A stretch of 64,000 bases of DNA from Anaeromyxobacteraceae bacterium (GTDB lineage: Bacteria; Myxococcota; Myxococcia; Myxococcales; Anaeromyxobacteraceae). The notes under the pieces are model-generated. The model had not been told where the DNA came from, made no database searches, and was given only the letters and a program-made list of their open reading frames with translations. Position 1 is the stretch's first letter, and every line of letters begins with the position of its first letter. A program made the translations under genes and the position numbers. The stretch covers positions 2,592,001 through 2,656,000 of the forward strand of contig JASGHJ010000002.1 in NCBI GenBank assembly GCA_047602405.1, in the 5' to 3' direction. Positions 58,371-64,000 of the stretch are shown piece after piece.

Positions 58371-60182
58371 TCAGCGCCCCGACCTCCGCGGCTGGAGGCG
58401 CGCCAGCGCAGGCGCCAGGCGGCGGCGCCGGAGCAGCCCCGCCAGGAGCGGCGCCAGCACGAGCAGGGCCGGCCCGGGCACCCCGCCGGAGGAGCAGCCG
58501 CCCGCCGGGAGCGTCCCGTGCGCCGCCATGATGGCGACCGCGAGCTGCTCGCGGGCCGCGTACAGCTTCTCCGGGGCGACCTCGGTCCCGGAGGCCGACG
58601 GGAAGAGGTCCCGCGCGATCTTCCGGGCGGTGTCGCCCTGGCCCGCGTCCGCGAGGAGCTTCAGGTACTCGTAGTCCTCCATGCCCTCGCGGATCATCTT
58701 GAGCCGGATCGAGGCCACCGGGACGTCGGTCGTGCCGCCGATGCGGGCCGGGGTGCCCGGGTAGAAGAGCGTCCCGTCGCCGTTGCCGGAGAAGTCCCAC
58801 TGCGAGGTCCAGGGGTTCTGCTGGAAGGCCCAGCCGGTCTCCCAGTACAGCTCGCCGCTCGCGCGCTCGAGGAAGGAGATCCACTCCATGGCCCGGTTGC
58901 GGACCGCGGAGGCGTCGATCATGTAGGTCGGCCAGCCGGTGAAGTAGCGATCCTCGTCGTTCGGGGAGCCGATGTTCACCGTGCCACCGCAGCCGTGGCT
59001 CATGCAGCTCTCGTACAGCCACAGCTCCTTCGTGGGCGCCGACGCGAGGAAGCCGTCGTAGCGGGCGCGCTGGTCGCCGGAGACGGCGCTGCCGGGCTTG
59101 TCGTCCATGAAGTTCACGACCGGCACCATGATGTCGATGTCCTTCGCGACGTCGTGGTCCTCGGCGTCCCAGAGCTGCGTCGTGACGAGCGTGCGGAACG
59201 CGGGGTCGGCGTCGTGCGCCGCGCGGGCGCGCGGGCCGATCTCGTCCCAGCCGCACTGGAGGGGCGGCTCGTCGCAGGTGTAGTCGAAGAGGCGGTCCAT
59301 CCAGCCGCGCGCCTTCGCGTGCTCGGCCCAGGCCCGGTGGTCCTCGAGCGAGGTGCGGCCGCCCACGTACTTCACGGTGGTGAGGCGGGCGCCCTCGAGC
59401 GCGGTCTTCGCGGTGCCGTCGATGAGCGGCCCGTAGACGCGCTCGAGGTGCTCGAAGTCGCGGACGTTCATGCCGTCGTCGGCGACGCCGGAGAGCGAGA
59501 CGCGGTGGTCGAGGGCGAGCGTCGCGTACTTCACGCGGACCGCCGAGTCCTCGCCGCCCATGGCGTGCCCACCCTGGAGGAGGCCGTAGCCGAGGCCGAA
59601 GTGCGTGCGGAGCGACGAGGTGGACGGGAGCTCGAAGCCCCAGACCTCGAGCGCGACCGGCACGCGGGTCTCCGCGCCGTCGGCCGTGATCGCGATCGAC
59701 CCCGCGTAGCCGCCGGCGCGCGCGCCCGCGGGGACGTGGACCTCGACCCAGATCGCGCGGCTCTCGCCGGCGGGGACGTCGAAGGGGAAGGCGTTGCGGG
59801 CCTCGCCGTCGACCTCGTCGACCGCGGGCACGAGGGCGTCCGGCCAGCGGCCGGTGCCGCCGTCGAGCGCGGAGGGCGAGCCGACGTCGATGAGCGCCTC
59901 GCGGTAGAGGCGCACGCCGTCGATGCGGGCGCCGCCGGGCTGGGCGAACGCCTCGGCGCGGGCGGTGACGCCGCGGGCCGGCCCGCGGACGACGATCTGG
60001 AACGCCTCGAACTCGTTCTTCGCGGCGGCGATGCGGGCCTCGTGCGCGCGGCCGGGCTGCGCGTCGGGGCGGATCTTCTCGGTCGCGCTCGCGACCCACA
60101 GGTCGGCGGGCGAGGCGGCGAGGGGGGAGGCGAGCGCTGCGAGGACGGCCGAGGCCGCGAGGAGGCGGGCGCTGAAGGTCAA
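58371..60182 (-). CDS. DUF4091/GH123-like secreted protein with MYXO-CTERM sorting signal
   Basis: AAKNEFEAFQ, DEP, NGDGTLFYPG, SIRLKMIREGMEDYEYL; tail GGCSSGG-hydrophobic-RRRR. Confidence 0.85.
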   Translation of the reverse strand: MTFSARLLAASAVLAALASPLAASPADLWVASATEKIRPDAQPGRAHEARIAAAKNEFEAFQIVVRGPARGVTARAEAFAQPGGARIDGVRLYREALIDVGSPSALDGGTGRWPDALVPAVDEVDGEARNAFPFDVPAGESRAIWVEVHVPAGARAGGYAGSIAITADGAETRVPVALEVWGFELPSTSSLRTHFGLGYGLLQGGHAMGGEDSAVRVKYATLALDHRVSLSGVADDGMNVRDFEHLERVYGPLIDGTAKTALEGARLTTVKYVGGRTSLEDHRAWAEHAKARGWMDRLFDYTCDEPPLQCGWDEIGPRARAAHDADPAFRTLVTTQLWDAEDHDVAKDIDIMVPVVNFMDDKPGSAVSGDQRARYDGFLASAPTKELWLYESCMSHGCGGTVNIGSPNDEDRYFTGWPTYMIDASAVRNRAMEWISFLERASGELYWETGWAFQQNPWTSQWDFSGNGDGTLFYPGTPARIGGTTDVPVASIRLKMIREGMEDYEYLKLLADAGQGDTARKIARDLFPSASGTEVAPEKLYAAREQLAVAIMAAHGTLPAGGCSSGGVPGPALLVLAPLLAGLLRRRRLAPALARLQPRRSGR

Positions 60183-60485
60183 CTGGGGCTCCTTTCCGGG
60201 TGGGGTTGCGCCCGGGGAACGGAGGTCCCAGCGAGGGGATTTCTCGACGGCTGGTGGGGAGAGGTGCTTCGGAGGGCGCGGATGCGCGTGCGGCGCTCAC
60301 CGGCGCGGACGCGCGCCGACGCGGCGGCATGGCGCCGCACACGCCGCCCGCTCGCCTGCGATCGGCGCTGGGGCCCTAGGCAGATCCGCGCTGGCCCGGC
60401 GGGCCGGCGCGCGGACGCGGCGGCGCCCGGCGGGCCGGAGGCTCCGCGGGCGCTTCACCGTTCGTGGATAAGATGGGGCCTGCCG

Positions 60486-61022
60486 CTACCGCGACGGCAG
60501 CCCGGGCACGTAGGCCGGGAGCGGCGGCGGACGGGCGGCCGGGCGCGCGGCGGGCAGCGGCGGAGGCCGCGGCGACGGGCGCGCCGGCACGAAGGCGGGC
60601 CCCCGCTCGAGCAGCTCGATGCGCCGCTGCTGCCGCTCGATGCGCTCCACGGCGACCGCGAGCGCGTCGCCGAGCCATCCGTCCGCGGCGAGCCGGTCGG
60701 AGGCCGACACGGGGCTCCCCGCCTCCCGCAGGGTCTCCCAGACGGCGCGGTGGAGGAGCCGGAACTCCCGCACCACCCGCGAGGCCTCGGCGCCCGAGCG
60801 GATCAGCACCGCGCAGCGCGCGGCGCCGCCGCCGGGCGGCGCACCGCCGGGTCGGGGGGTGGCGTCGTCGCGGAGCGCCAGGGACAGCTCGCGCAGCAAC
60901 GGACCGACCGCGAAGCCGATCGCGGGCTCCCCTCCCAGCTCGCGATCGACGGCCACCTTCCAGGCTGCCGCGATCTCAGACCGCTGCTCCTCCACGAGGA
61001 GCCCCACCGACACCGCTCGCAC
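60486..61022 (-). CDS. Hypothetical protein (RsbRD-N-like helical domain)
   Basis: I.AAW, VVREFRLLHRAVW; GC3-biased. Confidence 0.6.
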   Translation of the reverse strand: MRAVSVGLLVEEQRSEIAAAWKVAVDRELGGEPAIGFAVGPLLRELSLALRDDATPRPGGAPPGGGAARCAVLIRSGAEASRVVREFRLLHRAVWETLREAGSPVSASDRLAADGWLGDALAVAVERIERQQRRIELLERGPAFVPARPSPRPPPLPAARPAARPPPLPAYVPGLPSR

Positions 61023-61089
61023 GCCTCGCCCCCCTCACCGACCGTTCAGGTCCGGAACCAGCCGGACCTGCTTTCCGCCCTCTTGCCTT

Positions 61090-61105
61090 AGCAAGCCGCC
61101 TGCCA
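61090..61105 (-). promoter_or_regulatory. Putative sigma54 (-24/-12) promoter
   Basis: TGGCAGGCGGCTTGCT (GG-N10-GC) about 70 nt upstream of the 61022 start. Confidence 0.55.
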
Positions 61106-61235
61106 CCCGCACCGACACGCGAATTCGCCGCGCCACGCGCGCCGGCAGGGAAGCGCCGTTCCCTCCTGGTGAAGCGGCTTCGCCACCCGGGGCCAGCCGC
61201 GGCGCGCCGCCCCTCGCCGTGCTACACGTGAGCGG

Positions 61236-62981
61236 ATGCTCGCCGCGCTGCTCGCCGCCTCCCTCACCGCCGCCGTCCCGCCCGTTTCCAGCCCCGCGGG
61301 GGCCGCAGACGACCGCCTGCCCGTGCTCGCCGCCATGCGGGACGAGCTCGCCCGCTCGATGGAGCGGCTCCGGCTCGACGGCTACGAGGCGCCCTACTTC
61401 CTCTCGTACCAGGTGAAGGACGTCTCGAAGGCGGTCGTGGGCGGCCGCTTCGGGGCGCTGTTCGACGACGACGCCCGCCACGACCGCAACCTCTACGTGG
61501 ACCTCCGGGTGGGGAGCTACGCGCTCGACTCCTCGAGCCAGGAGGACAACCTGCTCGTCTTCGGCGGCGACCAGCCGACCTGGTTCGTCCCGAAGGAGGC
61601 GCCCGTCGATGGCGACACGGCGGCGCTCCGCGGCGCGCTCTGGCTCGCGACCGACGAGCGCTACAAGGAGGCGCTCTCCTCCTGGTTCAAGAAGAAGTCC
61701 CGCGGCGTGTACCGCCAGGACGAGGCCGACCGGGCGCCGAGCATGAGCCGGGAGGCGCCCGCCCGCCACGTCGATCCCCCCGCGCCGTTCCCGTTCGACC
61801 GGGCCCGGTGGGCCGGCGTCGTGCGCGACGTCACCGCCGCGTTCCGGGCGCACCCGGAGCTCTTCGAGGGATCGCTGCGCGTCGAGGCCGAGCGCCAGGT
61901 CCGCTGGTTCACCTCCAGCGAGGGCTCGGAGCTCCTCACCGAGCAGGTCATCTACGGGGCGCACCTCCTCGCGCTGACCCGCGCGCCCGACGGCCAGCTC
62001 CTCGAGGCCGGCCGCGACTGGTACGTCCGCACCGAGGCCGACCTCCCCACCCCGGACCGCCTCCGCGCCGAGACCGCGAAGGTCGTGCAGGAGCTCCTCG
62101 CGCTCCGCAGGGCGCCGGTCATCGACCCGTACACCGGTCCGGCGATCCTCGAGCCGGAGGCGACCGGCGTGCTCTTCCACGAGGCCGTGGGCCACCGCCT
62201 CGAGGGCGAGCGCGTCGACGACGACAAGGAGGGGCAGACCTACAAGGGCCAGGTCGGCAAGCCCGTGCTCCCGCCCTTCCTCACCATCGTCGACGACCCC
62301 ACGCTCCGCGCGTACGGCGGCCTGCCGCTCAACGGCGCCTACGCCTTCGACGAGCAGGGCGTGCCCGGGCAGCGCACGGTGCTCGTGCGGGACGGCAGGC
62401 TCGAGGCGTACCTCCTCTCCCGCCGGCCGGTGAAGCCCTTCGAGCGCTCGAACGGGCACGGGCGCAGCCAGGGCGCGCGCGCGCCGATGGCCCGCATGTC
62501 GAACCTCGTCCTCGAGTCGCGGAAGCAGGTCTCGCCCGGGGAGCTGAAGAAGCTCCTCATGGCCGAGGCGCGCCGGCAGGGGAAACCCTACGGCCTCGTC
62601 ATCCGCGACATCACCGGCGGCAACACGAACACCATGTCGTTCGGGTACCAGGCGTTCAAGGGCACCCCGCGCCTCGTCTACCGCGTCGACGCGCGCACCG
62701 GCGCCGAGGAGCTCGTCCGCGGCGTCGAGCTCGTGGGCACGCCGCTCGCGAGCGTCAACAAGGTGCTCGCGACCGGCGGGGAGTCCCGCGCCTTCAACGG
62801 CTACTGCGGCGCGGAGAGCGGCTACGTGCCGGTCTCGACGCTCGCGCCGTCCGCGCTCGTCGGCGAGATCGAGCTGCAGCGCGTGACCCGGGCCGCCGAC
62901 CGCTCCCCGATCCTCCCGCCCCCGTGGGCGCCGCCCGCCGCGGCCGCGCCCGCCGCCAAGCCCGCCGGAGCCGCACCATGA
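61236..62981 (+). CDS. TldD/PmbA family metalloprotease with signal peptide
   Basis: HEAVGHRLEG, DDP, FDEQG, NGHGR, RMSNL, GYCG. Confidence 0.88.
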   Translation: MLAALLAASLTAAVPPVSSPAGAADDRLPVLAAMRDELARSMERLRLDGYEAPYFLSYQVKDVSKAVVGGRFGALFDDDARHDRNLYVDLRVGSYALDSSSQEDNLLVFGGDQPTWFVPKEAPVDGDTAALRGALWLATDERYKEALSSWFKKKSRGVYRQDEADRAPSMSREAPARHVDPPAPFPFDRARWAGVVRDVTAAFRAHPELFEGSLRVEAERQVRWFTSSEGSELLTEQVIYGAHLLALTRAPDGQLLEAGRDWYVRTEADLPTPDRLRAETAKVVQELLALRRAPVIDPYTGPAILEPEATGVLFHEAVGHRLEGERVDDDKEGQTYKGQVGKPVLPPFLTIVDDPTLRAYGGLPLNGAYAFDEQGVPGQRTVLVRDGRLEAYLLSRRPVKPFERSNGHGRSQGARAPMARMSNLVLESRKQVSPGELKKLLMAEARRQGKPYGLVIRDITGGNTNTMSFGYQAFKGTPRLVYRVDARTGAEELVRGVELVGTPLASVNKVLATGGESRAFNGYCGAESGYVPVSTLAPSALVGEIELQRVTRAADRSPILPPPWAPPAAAAPAAKPAGAAP

Positions 62982-63466
62982 CGACGCCTTCCGCCGCCGC
63001 CGTGCCCTTCCCGCCGCTCGAGGCGATCCTCGTCCAGCCTCGCCGCGCGGCGCTCGACGCCTTCGCCGCGACCGGCTGGCGCCCGTACGCGCCGCCGTTC
63101 GACCTCGACGCCGAGGGCCGGCGCCGCCTGAACCTCGATCTCGGCGAGCCCGACCTCGCCTGGTTCCAGGACGGCGACCTCGCCGCGGTCGCGACGCTCG
63201 AGGCCGACCGCGAGGGGCTCGTGACGCACGTGGAGGTCGTGGGCACCGAGCCCGGCGACCCGCTCGCGATCTCGCTCGCCCTGCTCGGCCCCCACGCCGG
63301 CGCGCCGAAGGCCGGCGGCGGCGGCGGCGCGCGCGAGTGGATCTTCGGCCCGGAGTCCGGCGCCCGCGTCGAGGTGGGCGGCGAGCCGGTGCGCCTGTGG
63401 ATCTGCGCCGAGGCCGCCTACGGCGACCGCCTGTGGCTGGTCGCGAGCGTGGTGCGCCGGGATTGA
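62978..63466 (+). CDS. Hypothetical protein
   Basis: ATGA overlap with the TldD gene; GC3-biased. Confidence 0.6.
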   Translation: MTTPSAAAVPFPPLEAILVQPRRAALDAFAATGWRPYAPPFDLDAEGRRRLNLDLGEPDLAWFQDGDLAAVATLEADREGLVTHVEVVGTEPGDPLAISLALLGPHAGAPKAGGGGGAREWIFGPESGARVEVGGEPVRLWICAEAAYGDRLWLVASVVRRD

Positions 63467-63558
63467 GCTGCTGCCGCGGGTGGGGGCGGTCCGTTCATCC
63501 CGAGCGTAGGGCCCGCGACAGCGGGCCCGGAGTCGAGGGACGAGCGCCCCCGTGAAAG

Positions 63559-64000
63559 TCACGGACTGCCGCCGCCCGCGACGACCTCCGCCCGGAACGC
63601 CTCGGCGAACGCGTCGGGCCGCTCGCCCACCGCGGCCCGGAACGCCTGCGCGAAGCCCTCGCCCGCGGCGAGGCGGGTGATCACCTCGCGCACGGCGCCG
63701 TCGCCGTGGCGCGCGACGAGCGCGGCGAAGGCGTGGTGGGCGGCGCCGTACACGAGATCGGCGCGCTCCCGGTAGATCGGATCGGGATCGAGCAGCGGGT
63801 CGCCCTCGCGCTCCGCCTCGCGGTCGAGCGGGCGGAAGGCCCAGCCGTCGCCGAGGCCGGCGTGCCGCTCCTCCTGCGCCCGCCAGTGCCGGCGCAGCTC
63901 GGCGAGCGTGGCGCGGCGGTAGCCCTGCTCGGCGGCCACGCTCGCCATGCCCTCCTCGAACCAGCGCGGCACCTCGAGCAGCACCCAGGTGCCCTCCCCG
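63559..64000 (-). CDS. Peptidase MA-like metallohydrolase, C-terminal part (5' end outside window)
   Basis: PRWFEEGMA, Y.AAH.AF..L..RHG, F.QAF..A.G. Confidence 0.65.
   Translation of the reverse strand, partial: GEGTWVLLEVPRWFEEGMASVAAEQGYRRATLAELRRHWRAQEERHAGLGDGWAFRPLDREAEREGDPLLDPDPIYRERADLVYGAAHHAFAALVARHGDGAVREVITRLAAGEGFAQAFRAAVGERPDAFAEAFRAEVVAGGGSP

Overview
Very GC-rich bacterial chromosome segment. Gene content and style (MYXO-CTERM protein, PEGA Ser/Thr kinase, napAB, hemB-lptFG-purEDH block) point to an Anaeromyxobacter-like member of Myxococcota; this is an inference. I can support about 60 protein genes and one tRNA-Ala(GGC). Most long ORFs in the supplied track are GC-rich shadow frames. 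Left part: rnr (partial), AIM24, moeA, XRE regulator, yggX, a radical SAM selenoprotein, two paralogous membrane proteins, an ATP-grasp ligase, GFA, a DUF222-like HNH nuclease and rrf2-napA-napB. Middle: glycosyltransferases, secreted proteins and lipoproteins, ECF sigma/anti-sigma, hemerythrin and a CDF transporter. Right part: core genes. Main findings: (1) the radical SAM ORF 'stops' at a TGA inside WFC-TGA-AEP followed by a SECIS-like hairpin, so it is a CUAEP-tail selenoprotein, close to an ATP-grasp ligase. (2) Seven genes, including the normally essential lptF, carry a single +1 insertion; five are GATC->GAATC and two lie next to GATC, probably base-calling scars of a GATC DNA modification. 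(3) The HNH gene has a Myxococcales-type LexA box plus a TGTCAC-N10-TAGACT promoter. (4) A perfect 11-4-11 palindrome precedes rrf2-napAB. (5) An unannotated 36-aa basic protein follows a double-Ddl + DmpA pair. (6) A triple tri-loop hairpin element follows purH. No CRISPR array, rRNA, integrase or transposase was seen.
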